Part shown: positions 7,427 to 17,717 of the stretch, in pieces | Position numbering within the stretch: position 1 is the first letter of the stretch | How the letters are laid out: each line of letters starts with the position of its first letter | From: Planctomycetota bacterium | GTDB lineage: Bacteria > Planctomycetota > SZUA-567 > H5-PLA8 | NCBI GenBank assembly: GCA_038227875.1 | Contig: JBBRPR010000010.1 | Coordinates: forward strand, 130,344 to 194,343 | Length of the DNA stretch: 64,000 bases | Direction: 5' to 3' | Translations under genes and position numbers: made by a program | Notes under the pieces: model-generated | The model's input: only the letters and a program-made list of their open reading frames with translations | Told to the model about the DNA's origin: nothing | The model's database searches: none

Positions 7427-9808
7427 TCAGTTCCTCATGTCGATACTGGCATTCTTCATGAAATGTTCTTTCAAGAATGTACCCGTGTGCTTCTGATCTT
7501 CAAAACCCGGTTCGTCTTCCGGGTCGTCGGGCTTGCACATTTCGGTGCACTTCTCGAGGATGTCCAACTGCGCTTCCGTTTCGCGCATCAGGCCCGGGAA
7601 GGTGAGATGGTTGTCGTCTTTGTGCTTGCGCAGGGCTTCGAGCTTCTCGGCGGCGCCTTTGCGCATCTTTTCGCGCTCGTTAATGTTGTTCCACCAGGCT
7701 TTCCATTTTGAGATTTCCCAGCCGCGGCGGACGTTGATGCGCGCTCCGCCGTACGTCGATTGGGTCAGCAGCGCCATGGCTTCCTTGACGGAAGCTTCGG
7801 CGCCCGGGTTCCGTTCCAGAATGTTCATCACGATTTCGCAGGCCTTCAGATCCTTGCCGTGCGTGCGCTTGCCCAGCGCGGTGATGAAGGCGTTCATGGT
7901 CTTGCCAGCCATCGGATTTTTGAACGCTTCGAGCACCATCTTGGCGCTGTCGGCGTCGCGCAGTTCGCCCAGCGTGTTGGCGGTTTCGACGCGGACGTTT
8001 TCGTCGGTGTCGGTGATCAGTTCGGTCAGCGATTGAACCGAACCGCTCATGCCGGTCGTCGGGATGCCTTTGACGGCGGCGGCGCGGATTTCGGGCAGCT
8101 TGTCTTTGAAGGCGCGGATCAGGCCGCCGCAGGCCGCCGTATCGTTACTGCGCTTGGCCAGCGCGAGGACCACTTCGTGGCGGACGTCGTCGGACGGATC
8201 GTTGACCAATCCCGCCAGCACTTCGCTCTTGGCGCTGTCGCGGACTTGTTCGAACGCGCGCTTACAGACGGTCGCCAGATCCTTGTCGGCTCCGCCCACG
8301 GTCTGGAGCAGCGCTCCGGCGGCGTCGGGGAGGGCGGTGTATTCGATGCCATCGCGCGCTTTGATTTTCAGGTCGGCGTCGCCGCTGGTGGCAATCTTGA
8401 TCAAGACGTTACAGACGCCCGGCACGCGCAGTTTGCCGAGGCTTTCGACGGCGGCGGTGCGGACTTCCGGAGCCTGTTCGGTGGCGGCTTCGGCGCGGGG
8501 CATGATCGCGGTGGCGACGGCGGTGAGGTCGTTGACGCTGTCCTTGTCTTCCTTGCCTGCTTCGCCGGGCTTGATCTCCGTGGCGATCTCGCCGAGCGCT
8601 TTGATGATCAGGACTTTCGTGGCCGGTTCAGCGGAGCTGAGCGCCGTGCCGAAGCTGGTAATCGCCATGCCGCGCATGTTGCGGGAGTGGCCCAGCAGTC
8701 CCATGCCGTAGATGCCCGCTTCGCGGATGCCGGCGTCGGGGTTGCTGATGGCCATGCCGCAGACTTCGTAGCCCTTTGAAGCGTCAAATTCGACCAGCGA
8801 CTTGGCGGAACTCTTGCGAGCGTCGACGGTGGCGTCCGGCCCCGTGATGCCCTTGGTATACATGTTCACCATGAATGGACTGTAGCCGGCGACGACCACG
8901 AGAATCACGACCACGGCGACGATGGCGCCGATCTTGTGGAGTTTGGTCAGCCTGAAGCCGACGGGCTTGCCGCGGATGGAGCGCTTGGTGGTGCGGCGCG
9001 AGACGCGGGTGTTGTCTTCGTCCTCGTCTTCTTCGGCCTCCACTTTTTCGACGCGGCGCGAACCGCTCTTCATCACGCGGCTGTTGGACTTGGCGGGCAG
9101 CTTCTTGCTCGACTTGGGTTCAGCAATCAGTTCGGCATCGTCGTCGATGGCGGCGGGCTTGTCCTCCGCGGCTTCGTCCTTGCCCTTCGCGGCGGGTTTC
9201 ATGATGCGGCTGTCGGGGCGGCCGGGCTTTGCCAGCCGTTTGCTCATGCTGCTCTTGGATGGTTCTTCGGCGGCTTCTTCAACATCCTCGTTCACAGCCG
9301 CGGCGCTGCCGTTCGAATCCTTTGCGGCCGGAGCGGGAGCTGGTGCGGCGGGTTCCGCGGGCTTGAGCTTCTTGCTGGGTGCGGCGACCGGCGCGCGTGC
9401 GGACGCCTTGTTGGGCGTCGGGAGCATCGGCTTGCGCTTGCCGGCGGTGACGAGCGGGTCGTCGTCTCCGTAGAGCGAGTCGTCGGAGAGCAGGTGCTCA
9501 TCGGCCTTCAACGACATGCCATCGCCGCGCTTGGGGACGGCGTGAACGGCCTCGCCCAGATCGCCGAGAAGCGATTCGTCCTCCTGAACCGGTGCCGCCT
9601 CTTCGGCGACTTCTTCGACGACCTCCTCTTCAACTTCTTCGGGTTCCGGAGGCGGCGGTGGCGCGGCCTTGGTTTTCACCGAGGGGCGCATGCGGTTGGA
9701 GGTCGATGTTGAGGTGGACGTCTTCACGGCTGGAGCGCGCCCGGAAGCAGAAGCTTTGGGAGCGACGTCGACTGAACGTTGCGACGTTTTCTTCGGAAGG
9801 TTTGCCAA
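7427..9808 (-). CDS. Membrane-anchored HEAT-repeat protein with long low-complexity N-terminus
   Basis: About 290-aa P/A/E/K/S-rich region, single TM (IGAIVAVVVILVVVAG), then repeated EVRTAAVESLG / VRVETANTLG HEAT units; TTG start uncertain. Confidence 0.82.
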   Translation of the reverse strand: MANLPKKTSQRSVDVAPKASASGRAPAVKTSTSTSTSNRMRPSVKTKAAPPPPPEPEEVEEEVVEEVAEEAAPVQEDESLLGDLGEAVHAVPKRGDGMSLKADEHLLSDDSLYGDDDPLVTAGKRKPMLPTPNKASARAPVAAPSKKLKPAEPAAPAPAPAAKDSNGSAAAVNEDVEEAAEEPSKSSMSKRLAKPGRPDSRIMKPAAKGKDEAAEDKPAAIDDDAELIAEPKSSKKLPAKSNSRVMKSGSRRVEKVEAEEDEDEDNTRVSRRTTKRSIRGKPVGFRLTKLHKIGAIVAVVVILVVVAGYSPFMVNMYTKGITGPDATVDARKSSAKSLVEFDASKGYEVCGMAISNPDAGIREAGIYGMGLLGHSRNMRGMAITSFGTALSSAEPATKVLIIKALGEIATEIKPGEAGKEDKDSVNDLTAVATAIMPRAEAATEQAPEVRTAAVESLGKLRVPGVCNVLIKIATSGDADLKIKARDGIEYTALPDAAGALLQTVGGADKDLATVCKRAFEQVRDSAKSEVLAGLVNDPSDDVRHEVVLALAKRSNDTAACGGLIRAFKDKLPEIRAAAVKGIPTTGMSGSVQSLTELITDTDENVRVETANTLGELRDADSAKMVLEAFKNPMAGKTMNAFITALGKRTHGKDLKACEIVMNILERNPGAEASVKEAMALLTQSTYGGARINVRRGWEISKWKAWWNNINEREKMRKGAAEKLEALRKHKDDNHLTFPGLMRETEAQLDILEKCTEMCKPDDPEDEPGFEDQKHTGTFLKEHFMKNASIDMRN

Positions 9809-9939
9809 GTGCCCGTCTCCGCTGAGGTGTAAAAATCACATGTTAGCTCGTTTTCCGTTATCGTCGAGACGTAAGTTCGAAGGAAAGCATTAGGGGCATT
9901 GCGGATATGTGCGGTGAAAGCGCTGGTTGATCTCTGTGC

Positions 9940-9967
9940 AATGTTACGGAATGTTACCGAATGTTAC
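9940..9967. promoter_or_regulatory. Three AATGTTAC direct repeats at 10-bp period, candidate transcription factor site
   Basis: AATGTTAC at 9940, 9950 and 9960, upstream of the HEAT gene pair. Confidence 0.55.
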
Positions 9968-10621
9968 GTGGGCGGGTGCCTCCCTTCATAGTTGCACGTT
10001 GAGCGCGGCGAGCCGCGAGGGGCCAGGGGTCAGGGGCCAAGGGTCAGAATAGACGCGCGTGCCGCGAGTTGCAGTGGGCAGGGCGATTGAGAGTGTTTGG
10101 AGGGGATGGAAGGAAATGGGGCGTCTCCTTTGCGTTCTGCGGGGCTGTGGGAGGGTGGGGTGGTCATCTGGGCTTTCTCCCGGGTTGGGGCTGTGGAGTA
10201 GCTCAGACGGCGCTGGGACGTAAATTTTCGGGCAATAGCGGAGACGACGGGGTTCAACGATTCGATGTTGAGCGGGACCTGTTTTAATATGAGCGCTGCA
10301 CGATTTCCTACTATATCTAAGCGGTCGAGAAACGCGAAAATCAAGTGTTTTCTGTAAATTTAGTAAAAAAGATTTTATAATACATGATGTGCATGAGGCG
10401 CACGTAGTGGGTGGGTTTGGGAAGGGACTCGACGAATGGTTGTCTCGGTCTCCCGGCAAATTTGCCGGAGGGTTGTGTCTGGTTTTTGGGCTCGGCGTGT
10501 TACGTAGTCCGATGTGGCGGGATTTCGGGTGGTGGTGGGGCGGGGCAGCAGTGATGTGACTGCACGGAAATAGTTACTCCGGCGTGTAAATCTGATTTCA
10601 TTCGCATATCCTGATCGTTCT

Positions 10622-12355
10622 ATGCGACCCACTCTGCTCACCACGGTGCTGTTGATTTTGGTAGAGCTGACATTGTTCTGCTGCAATTCAGTAGCGGGCA
10701 GCGATGCGCCCAAGCCGCCTGATGATTATCTTTCCGAACGCTACACCGCTGACGGTACTGGTCTGAACGCGGGAGCCTTGGCGACGCTGATTCGGGACCG
10801 CATTTTTGCGCGGGAGTTCGCGGATGCGCAGGCGTCGTTGAAGATCGACGCGGGCGCGCTGGTGGTGACTCAGACGCGGGAAGCTCACGCGCAGCTTCGC
10901 GATTTTCTGGCGCTGCTGCGCAAGCCGCTCGCTGCTGGAGCGATGGCCGTGAGCGAAACCGACGCGTGGCGCGCGGCGATTGAATCGAGTCTTTTAGAGA
11001 AGCGCGTGAGCGTTTCATTTGCGCAGACGCCGCTGAACGAAGCCGTGGCTCAATTGAGCACGTCGACGGGGATCGCGATCACCGTCGATCGGGGCATCAC
11101 CGCGGAGAAAATGCGGAAGGTGGATTTGAAGCTCGACACTGTGTCGCTGGCCTCTGCACTGAAGTGGATCACCTGCAGCACCCAGACGAACTATTGCCTG
11201 CACGATCACGGAATATTGATCACGGATGGGTCTCGCGAAGATCTGGAATTGCGCATCTACGCCATTGCAGATCTGCTGCAGGCGCCAGATTTTATCACGC
11301 GACTTTTTGATACTGATAAAAATGATTTATTTCAACCCGTGCCCATGTACCTGCCTTATTTGTCTGCTCCAGAATGGGGGCAGGTGGTTCAGTTTTTGGG
11401 CGATCGCATGATTGTCAGGGGGGACCGTTTCGAACAAAAGCTGGTCAACGGCTACATCTCGGGACTGCGTCTGTTTCTAAAACAAATCCGCGACGTTGAG
11501 CCCGATGGCAAGCCGCCGAAAAAGCCCTTGGACCCGGCTCGAGTCCCCGGGCATTCGTTGCCGGAAGTGGAAGAACCTTGGAAAAAGGAACTGCGCGCGA
11601 AACTCGAAAAGCACGTTTCGTTCGATTTTAAAGATAAGCCATTCAAGGATGCGATTGCGTTTATCCGGAGCGAATGCGGGGTGAACCTGGTGCTCGATCC
11701 GAAGGTCTTGGCCAACGCCGTGGACAGTCCGATCACACTTCGCGTGAGCGACATGCGTGCTGAGCTCGCATTGGAATGGATATTGAAGCTTAACTATGTT
11801 GAATATGATTTTGTTGATGAAGTAGTGTATCTGCATCCGCATTTGAATATCAACTATTCTGCGGAAGTTCGATATTTTTACGTGCGTGATTTGGCTTCGG
11901 TAATCGCGGCATCCGAGCTGAAGTCCCTGGTTACTGACGCCATTCTTGATGGCAGCTTTGAACTGGCGCTAGGAACGGCGATTGATGAAAAGAACGGAAT
12001 TTTGATCATAATGCAGCGTCCGTATGAACTGTCTCGATTGGAAATACTCTTTGATCAATTTCGATTGCATGCTAATGATCCCGATTTCTATCCGACGCAC
12101 ATGGCCTTTAAGGGTCGAGAGCTCTATCCGGACAATGATTGCGCTATTTTCAACTTGTCGGATATGTGCGAGGTGCAAGCGGCTGCTCTGGTTGAAAAAT
12201 TTCAGGTGAACTTTCCCGCAGCGGATGGTGCTGACGGGCGGCGGTTTATTCGTCTCGCGGGAAAGCGGTTGATCGTGCAGGGCACCCGCGCGATGCGCGA
12301 CGAAATTGCGCGCGCGTTGGAGGAGATTCGCAAGGCACGGGTGGATAAGCGGTAG
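10622..12355 (+). CDS. Secreted protein with duplicated STN/secretin-N-like modules
   Basis: Signal peptide; two VS.SF..TPL..A / VSFDFKDKPFKDAI units, each followed by R.Y.I/V.DL; no secretin barrel recognised. Confidence 0.7.
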   Translation: MRPTLLTTVLLILVELTLFCCNSVAGSDAPKPPDDYLSERYTADGTGLNAGALATLIRDRIFAREFADAQASLKIDAGALVVTQTREAHAQLRDFLALLRKPLAAGAMAVSETDAWRAAIESSLLEKRVSVSFAQTPLNEAVAQLSTSTGIAITVDRGITAEKMRKVDLKLDTVSLASALKWITCSTQTNYCLHDHGILITDGSREDLELRIYAIADLLQAPDFITRLFDTDKNDLFQPVPMYLPYLSAPEWGQVVQFLGDRMIVRGDRFEQKLVNGYISGLRLFLKQIRDVEPDGKPPKKPLDPARVPGHSLPEVEEPWKKELRAKLEKHVSFDFKDKPFKDAIAFIRSECGVNLVLDPKVLANAVDSPITLRVSDMRAELALEWILKLNYVEYDFVDEVVYLHPHLNINYSAEVRYFYVRDLASVIAASELKSLVTDAILDGSFELALGTAIDEKNGILIIMQRPYELSRLEILFDQFRLHANDPDFYPTHMAFKGRELYPDNDCAIFNLSDMCEVQAAALVEKFQVNFPAADGADGRRFIRLAGKRLIVQGTRAMRDEIARALEEIRKARVDKR

Positions 12356-12487
12356 ACGACGCGGCGGAACGTGCGTTTTGTGTCGCCTATACAAGGAAGA
12401 TGATTTTTTCAATGAAATTTAAGAGTCGTTATTTTCAAATTCGTATTGCAACTCTTACTGTCCTGGATTTCCCGAGCACCGGCCGGA

Positions 12488-12593
12488 AAGCCGGCTGAAG
12501 CCGGCTGGTGGGGCGTGATTAATGGTGCGCCCCCACTTGAAAGTGGGGGCAAGCAACGGCTTGAACTGCAACTGCAACTGCAACTGCAACTGC
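12488..12593. repeat. REP-like palindromes followed by (AACTGC)x5
   Basis: AAGCCGGCTGAAGCCGGCTG; hairpin GCCCCCACTT-GA-AAGTGGGGGC at 12529-12550; hexamer run at 12564-12593. Confidence 0.7.
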
Positions 12594-13017
12594 AAGTGGG
12601 CTCGAATCTGACGCTGCTGGCCCGTGCCTCGGCGGCCGTCTTCAGGGTTACATTGAGAAGCAGGTTGTTGACAGAAGAATCACTCATCGCAACGCTCCAG
12701 AAAATTGCAGAGAGATTGTCACGGGTTGATTCTGTTTATGCTGAGTTCGAATCGGAATTCAATCGCTCGGTGCAACCACCGACCGATGAGGGGCGCATTC
12801 ATCATGATCTCGGGAATGCTTGCGGTTTGTTCGTAGACTGGTGTGTGGTTGCGTGTCTCCGATTCCACTTCGGTTTTGTGACTGAATATCGGTGGAGTTT
12901 TCGACGCGGGGACGGACTTCGCGGGCTTAACGACGATTTATATCATTGGACTTGCAGTTGCGTTTACTCCTTCGGACGCCGAACGGCGCGCGGGCTTTAG
13001 CTGCAAAGGAGATGACA

Positions 13018-13173
13018 ATGATTCGCATGGTTTTGGTGGTTCTATTTGTGTTGATGCTGTTGGGGACGATGCCGGTGTGGGGATACAATTCTCAATGGGG
13101 TTATGGTCCGGTCGGGCTGAGCTCCCTACTGCTGGTTATTGCGGTGATTTTTTACAATTTTCGGCGGGTGTAA
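13018..13173 (+). CDS. DUF3309 family small membrane protein
   Basis: LLGTMPVWGYNSQWGYGP between two hydrophobic helices; AAAGGAG RBS. Confidence 0.8.
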   Translation: MIRMVLVVLFVLMLLGTMPVWGYNSQWGYGPVGLSSLLLVIAVIFYNFRRV

Positions 13174-13377
13174 ACCCGTCGCGGAGATTGATTGGCGTTG
13201 CGCTCAATTGGGCGACGCGTTGGCCCCTTACCCCGTCACGTGGCCCACTCCCTCAAGGGAAGGGAGGGGCACGCGCGTGGTGCAGTCTATAATGTGGACT
13301 TTCGGCTCAAATTTCTTACAACCAAGGCCGATTCCATGCGTCTAGATAGCATTCCACATTAAAGGGTAACGGAACTA

Positions 13378-15018
13378 GTGGCTGGACTGGCGTATTCTGC
13401 GGGAATGATGCGACCGAAGGCGGCGGAGCCGATCCGTCTGCCGGCGGCGTTGATCTTTGCGGCGCTGGTCCATTTTATTCCGATGGTCTACCTGATCATG
13501 CCGGCTCCGCTGGTGCCGGATGAGACGGAAACCGTGTCGGTTGATTTGAATGACCTGCCGGATTTTGTGAGCGGCGCGGCGTCGCCTTCGCCAGCTCCAG
13601 AAGAACGGAAAGCCAACACGTCGTCCCTGTCTCCCGTGATTCCAAACGCGCCGGCTGCTCCTGACGTGGCGAAGCCAGCGACGCCCACTCCGCCGACGCC
13701 TCCTCCGCCTCCGGCCAAAGTTACTCCTCCTCCTCCAGCTACGCCGCCGGCCGTGAAAGCTCCGGCTCCGAAGGCGGCGCCGCTCGCACCGGCTCCTGCC
13801 CCTGCGCCGGCTAAACCGGCTCCGGAGAAGAAGGCCGATACGCTGGCGGTTTCGCCGTTGTCGAAGAATAACATGACGGCGTTCGATGACAGCAAAGTGA
13901 CGACCGAGAAAGCGCCCGACGACGCATTCGCTTCCGACAAGAACAGCACGGCGGCGGACAACGGGCCGAAGAATCTGCCGCGCGGGATGCCGTACAGCAA
14001 GGAAGGTCAGACGGATATTCAGACGACGCTGGGACACAGCGGCGAAGGTGACTTGCCGCCGATCACGGTTTCGCCGACGGCCGGTTCGATCAAGGTCGAA
14101 GGTTCTCCGGACGTGGGGAAGGGCATCGCGAGCACCAAGCCGGACGAAGAGCGGCCGCTGGCGTCGTTGAAGCCAGCGGACAATCCCGACGCGCGTTCGA
14201 AGCCCACGCCCGCTCCTGCGGCAGCGCCGACGAAGGCGAAGGACTCGACTAGCGCGCCGGAGATCGCGGAGAAGATCACGCCGAAGTCGAAGCCGCTCAA
14301 CGCCGGCGCGGAGCGCGATCCGAGCGGCAATGGGACGATGCCGATCGGCGAGAACGTGCAGAAGGGGCCTGAGAAGACGGCCAAAGGCCTGACACGCAAT
14401 CCCGACGAGACGCCACAACCGCTCGCGAAGATCGATGCGCCGGAAAGTACGTTCACGGCGGCGCCCGGATCGAAGCAGGACAAGAAGAAGGCGGAGATGG
14501 ACGCGTTTGCGGCGCTGCTCGACGGAGCTTCCAACACGAATGGGAACGGCGGGGCGACGGGCACCAAAGTCGGCGGAGCGGGGCGGCCGGGCCAGAAGGG
14601 CCATGAAGGCGACGGCACGCTGCGGCCTGGCGACCAGAACGCGGTGAGCGAGCTTGCGATGATCAATCTGCATTCCAGCGCTGAAGAAGCGGGCGGGACG
14701 CGGTTTGCCAAGCGGCTGGATCCGGTCGCGGCGTATTTTCGGCCGATCATCCGGCGCATCGATGCGAAGTGGCGCGCTCGCGTGGCGACGACGCGCACGC
14801 GCGCGGTGACCGGGATGGTGACGGTCTGCTTGACCATGGAGCGTTCAGGCAAGCGCGTGGGTACGGAGGTTGTCGAGCGCAGCGAAGGGTTGCCGGACGA
14901 GTACGTCGAGATGGTGAAGGACGCGGTGGAGCAGGCGACGACGCCGACGGCGGAGCCGTTCACCGGCGATCTGGCGAAGGACAATCGGACGTCGATGACG
15001 TTTACGTTTTTTTATTGA
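13378..15018 (+). CDS. TolA/TonB-like proline-rich membrane-anchored protein
   Basis: N-terminal anchor AALVHF; long P/A/K-rich linker; C-terminal YFRPIIRRIDAKW..G.VTV.LTMERSGK..AVEQA..PF..FTFFY; start uncertain. Confidence 0.75.
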   Translation: MAGLAYSAGMMRPKAAEPIRLPAALIFAALVHFIPMVYLIMPAPLVPDETETVSVDLNDLPDFVSGAASPSPAPEERKANTSSLSPVIPNAPAAPDVAKPATPTPPTPPPPPAKVTPPPPATPPAVKAPAPKAAPLAPAPAPAPAKPAPEKKADTLAVSPLSKNNMTAFDDSKVTTEKAPDDAFASDKNSTAADNGPKNLPRGMPYSKEGQTDIQTTLGHSGEGDLPPITVSPTAGSIKVEGSPDVGKGIASTKPDEERPLASLKPADNPDARSKPTPAPAAAPTKAKDSTSAPEIAEKITPKSKPLNAGAERDPSGNGTMPIGENVQKGPEKTAKGLTRNPDETPQPLAKIDAPESTFTAAPGSKQDKKKAEMDAFAALLDGASNTNGNGGATGTKVGGAGRPGQKGHEGDGTLRPGDQNAVSELAMINLHSSAEEAGGTRFAKRLDPVAAYFRPIIRRIDAKWRARVATTRTRAVTGMVTVCLTMERSGKRVGTEVVERSEGLPDEYVEMVKDAVEQATTPTAEPFTGDLAKDNRTSMTFTFFY

Positions 15019-15124
15019 GCGTTTTTTTGTGTTTCGTCTAGCGCCTGAATAATTGTCAAAATTCGAATGACTAACCCGCGAGGGGTGGCGCGCGTCCGAT
15101 GGTTCACTTCGCCGCGCGCGCCTC

Positions 15125-15180
15125 GCACGGATGAACAGGTGTTTTCGCTCCGCTCAAACACCTGCGCATCCGTGGCACCA
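15125..15180. repeat. 56-nt hairpin repeat, copy 2
   Basis: Same flanks and loop as 6557-6612 with a different but fully paired inner stem. Confidence 0.85.
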
Positions 15181-15185
15181 GATCA

Positions 15186-17444
15186 TTACGCGGTTGGCGT
15201 CGTGGTAGCGATGACGGGGGTGACGACGGGGGCGGTTTTGGCTTTGCGGCCCCAGACGCGGACGGGGAGCACCACCATCGGCAGGCCCTGCCACTGCAAC
15301 CGGCGCTGCACGGCGAACGCGGTTTCGTTGTGGAGGAAGCGCTGGTACCACGCGTCGCGTTGGAAGACCAACTGCCCGGCAAAGAACGTCGAGTGCGGGA
15401 AGCGCAGGCCGACTTCGACGCAGAGTTCTTCCAGACCAGCGACAGGATCCTGGCCGATCAGCATCATGCTCGTGGTCGCCAGACCCATCTTGCGGGCGAG
15501 GGCCTCGTACTTTTTCAGCGTCGCTTCGGTCTCAGTGCGGAGCCGCTCGGTTTCTTCGGCGCCTTTGAAGTTGCCGGAGTCGATGATGCCGACGGAGACG
15601 AAGACGATCTGTTCGTAGTGCTTCGGGAAGAGCCGGAAAATCTGCGCCAGAGCGTGGAGTCCCAGCCCGCCGTACTGGCCGACGAGGAGCACGGCGGTCG
15701 GCTTCTTCACGTCCATCTTGCGGTCGGTTTCGGGATGCGAGGGCATCTCCATTTCTTCGACGCTGAGCATGCCCAGCTTCTGGTAGACGACGCGGTAGTA
15801 GCGCTTGATCAGCAGGCAGACGGTGATCAAGAGCGACGTGACGACCAGTGTCATCCACGCGCCTTCAGCGAACTTTTCGATCACGACGATGGTAAGAATC
15901 GAAACGCAGAGCGTCAGGCCGGTCATGTGGATCGGCAGCGCGTGCTTCCATTCTTTGTGTTCCTTGCGGTGCGTGATGTAGAACTTGCACATGCCCAGCT
16001 CGGTCAGCGAGAAGGTGATGAAGACGTTGATCGAGTACATCGTCACCAGCGTTTCGACTTTTCCGCCGGTGTACCAGAGCGCCAGGATCGAGGCGGCGCC
16101 CATCAGCAGCACGCCGTAATGCATGGTCAGACGTTCGGAGAGCGAACTGAGGCGGTGCGGCAACCACGAATCGAGGGCCATGTTGGCCATCACGCGCGGG
16201 CCATCGATGAAGCCGGTCTGCGCGGCGATGAGCAGCAGCAGCGCTTCGGCGATGAGCGTCAGCACGACAAACCAGTTGCCGAAGAATTTGCTGCCGGTTG
16301 TGAGGCTTTCGAGCAGGCGGGCATTCAGCGGCTTATCCATGTCGACGGGATCGTAGACGACTTCGATCGATTTGCCGTCGGCACTGATGATCTTGCCGTC
16401 GCTTTCAGCCGCCAGCGCCATGCCGCCGCCGTCGGCGAGGATCTGCCCCTTCTTGATGCTGCGTTCGAGTTCGTTCTCGGTGGCTTTGTGGTCTTCGGCG
16501 ACTTCCACCGGCGCGGCGGTTTCCTGCGGCTTCACTTTCAGCTTCATTTCCGTGTTGGTCAGCTCGTACTTTTTGGTGAACGTGTTGCTCGGCAGGCTGA
16601 CGTTGAGCAGCTGGTACGCGAGGAGAATTCCGCCGGCGGTGATGGCCAGCGAGACGGCCATGTAGACCATGGTGCGCTTGCCGGTTTCGACTTTCGGTTC
16701 GCGCATGATGGCCAGGCCGTTGGAGACGGCTTCGATGCCGGTGAACGTTCCGGCGCCCATCGAGTAAGCCTTGGCGAAGATCAGGAAGAGCGCCCAGCCG
16801 CCGAGCTTGATGTAATCGGCGTGGAGCTGCGTCTTGACCGTGTGCGCGACGACGGGGATGTCGTGGTAGTGCGTGATGAACGCCGAGCCGAGCATGATCG
16901 CGTGCGTGGCGAGGAAGAGCAGAAAGATCGGAACGAGGACGGTGATCGATTCCTTGACGCCGCGGAGATTCATGACGATGAGCATGACGATCGCCGCGTA
17001 CTGCACGGGCAATTTGAAGGCTTGGTAGTTCTCCGGCAGAAACGCGAAAATGGCATCGGCGCCAGAAGCGATCGAGACGGTGATGGTCAGCACGTAGTCG
17101 ATCAACAGGGCGCTACCGGAAACGAGTCCGGCGTGCGTGCCGAGCAGTTTCGTCGCGACGACGTAACCGCCGCCGCCGGTCGGGAAGTGTTCGATGATGC
17201 GGCTGTACGCAAACGAGATGACGAAGACCGTCACGGCCGTGGCGATGGCGAGGAAGACGGCCAGTTCCGTGTGCGTGCCGAGGCGGCGGAAGGCTTCGTC
17301 GGGGCCGTAGGCCGAGGAACTCAAGCCGTCAGCACCCAGGCCGATCCAGGCGAGGAACGCGACGAGCGAAATCTTGTGAAAGATGTGCGGGTCTTCGACG
17401 TCCTTGGGCTTGCCGACGAGCACCCGTTTCAATGTTGCGAGCAC
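15186..17444 (-). CDS. APC superfamily permease, YdaO/KimA-like (putative K+ transporter)
   Basis: ADGLSSSAYGPDE, FPTGGGGYVVA, DYVLTITVS, NLRGVKES, TGIEAVSNG and QRFLHNETA motifs; AAAGGAG RBS before GTG 17444. Confidence 0.88.
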   Translation of the reverse strand: MLATLKRVLVGKPKDVEDPHIFHKISLVAFLAWIGLGADGLSSSAYGPDEAFRRLGTHTELAVFLAIATAVTVFVISFAYSRIIEHFPTGGGGYVVATKLLGTHAGLVSGSALLIDYVLTITVSIASGADAIFAFLPENYQAFKLPVQYAAIVMLIVMNLRGVKESITVLVPIFLLFLATHAIMLGSAFITHYHDIPVVAHTVKTQLHADYIKLGGWALFLIFAKAYSMGAGTFTGIEAVSNGLAIMREPKVETGKRTMVYMAVSLAITAGGILLAYQLLNVSLPSNTFTKKYELTNTEMKLKVKPQETAAPVEVAEDHKATENELERSIKKGQILADGGGMALAAESDGKIISADGKSIEVVYDPVDMDKPLNARLLESLTTGSKFFGNWFVVLTLIAEALLLLIAAQTGFIDGPRVMANMALDSWLPHRLSSLSERLTMHYGVLLMGAASILALWYTGGKVETLVTMYSINVFITFSLTELGMCKFYITHRKEHKEWKHALPIHMTGLTLCVSILTIVVIEKFAEGAWMTLVVTSLLITVCLLIKRYYRVVYQKLGMLSVEEMEMPSHPETDRKMDVKKPTAVLLVGQYGGLGLHALAQIFRLFPKHYEQIVFVSVGIIDSGNFKGAEETERLRTETEATLKKYEALARKMGLATTSMMLIGQDPVAGLEELCVEVGLRFPHSTFFAGQLVFQRDAWYQRFLHNETAFAVQRRLQWQGLPMVVLPVRVWGRKAKTAPVVTPVIATTTPTA

Positions 17445-17484
17445 AGCTTCTCCTTTGGCGATGGGCCAGAAAGCGTTGAGAATC

Positions 17485-17550
17485 ACGATACTCAGCGGCG
17501 CATCAGGAAGCCGTAAAGCTTGAATGACCGGGCATTAAAATGTTGTTAAG
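17485..17550 (-). promoter_or_regulatory. Putative KdpE-type activated promoter for the APC transporter
   Basis: CTTAACAACATTTTAATG; 32 nt later CTTTACGGCTTCCTGATG; 10-nt spacer; TATCGT -10. Confidence 0.6.
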
Positions 17551-17629
17551 AAGGTGGCGTTGCACCGGGGTGCTCGTTGTGTAGTTGTATTAAAGTTGGA
17601 ATTTAACCACGTAAAAATAGCGCTGAAAT

Positions 17630-17695
17630 ACTAACGCACTCTTAACGACATCCGGCTCCATCAAAACATCATTTTGACAGGCGAAAAGGTACTCT
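17630..17695 (+). promoter_or_regulatory. Putative KdpE-type activated promoter for hypothetical-kdpD-kdpE
   Basis: ACTAACGCACTCTTAACG; 32 nt later CAAAACATCATTTTGACA; 10-nt spacer; TACTCT -10. Confidence 0.6.
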
Positions 17696-17717
17696 TCAGT
17701 CGTGGGAGGACCTGATC

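Noticed and set aside
9986..10459. ORFs or ncRNA in the large intergenic region
   Set aside because: The ORFs lack coding character and no RNA family was recognisable.
12409..13000. ORFs with LQLQLQ or CSCSCS runs
   Set aside because: These are translations of a hexamer microsatellite and REP-like palindromes.
17445..17717. c-di-AMP (ydaO) riboswitch upstream of the KimA-like gene
   Set aside because: No recognisable consensus, and the predicted leader is too short.
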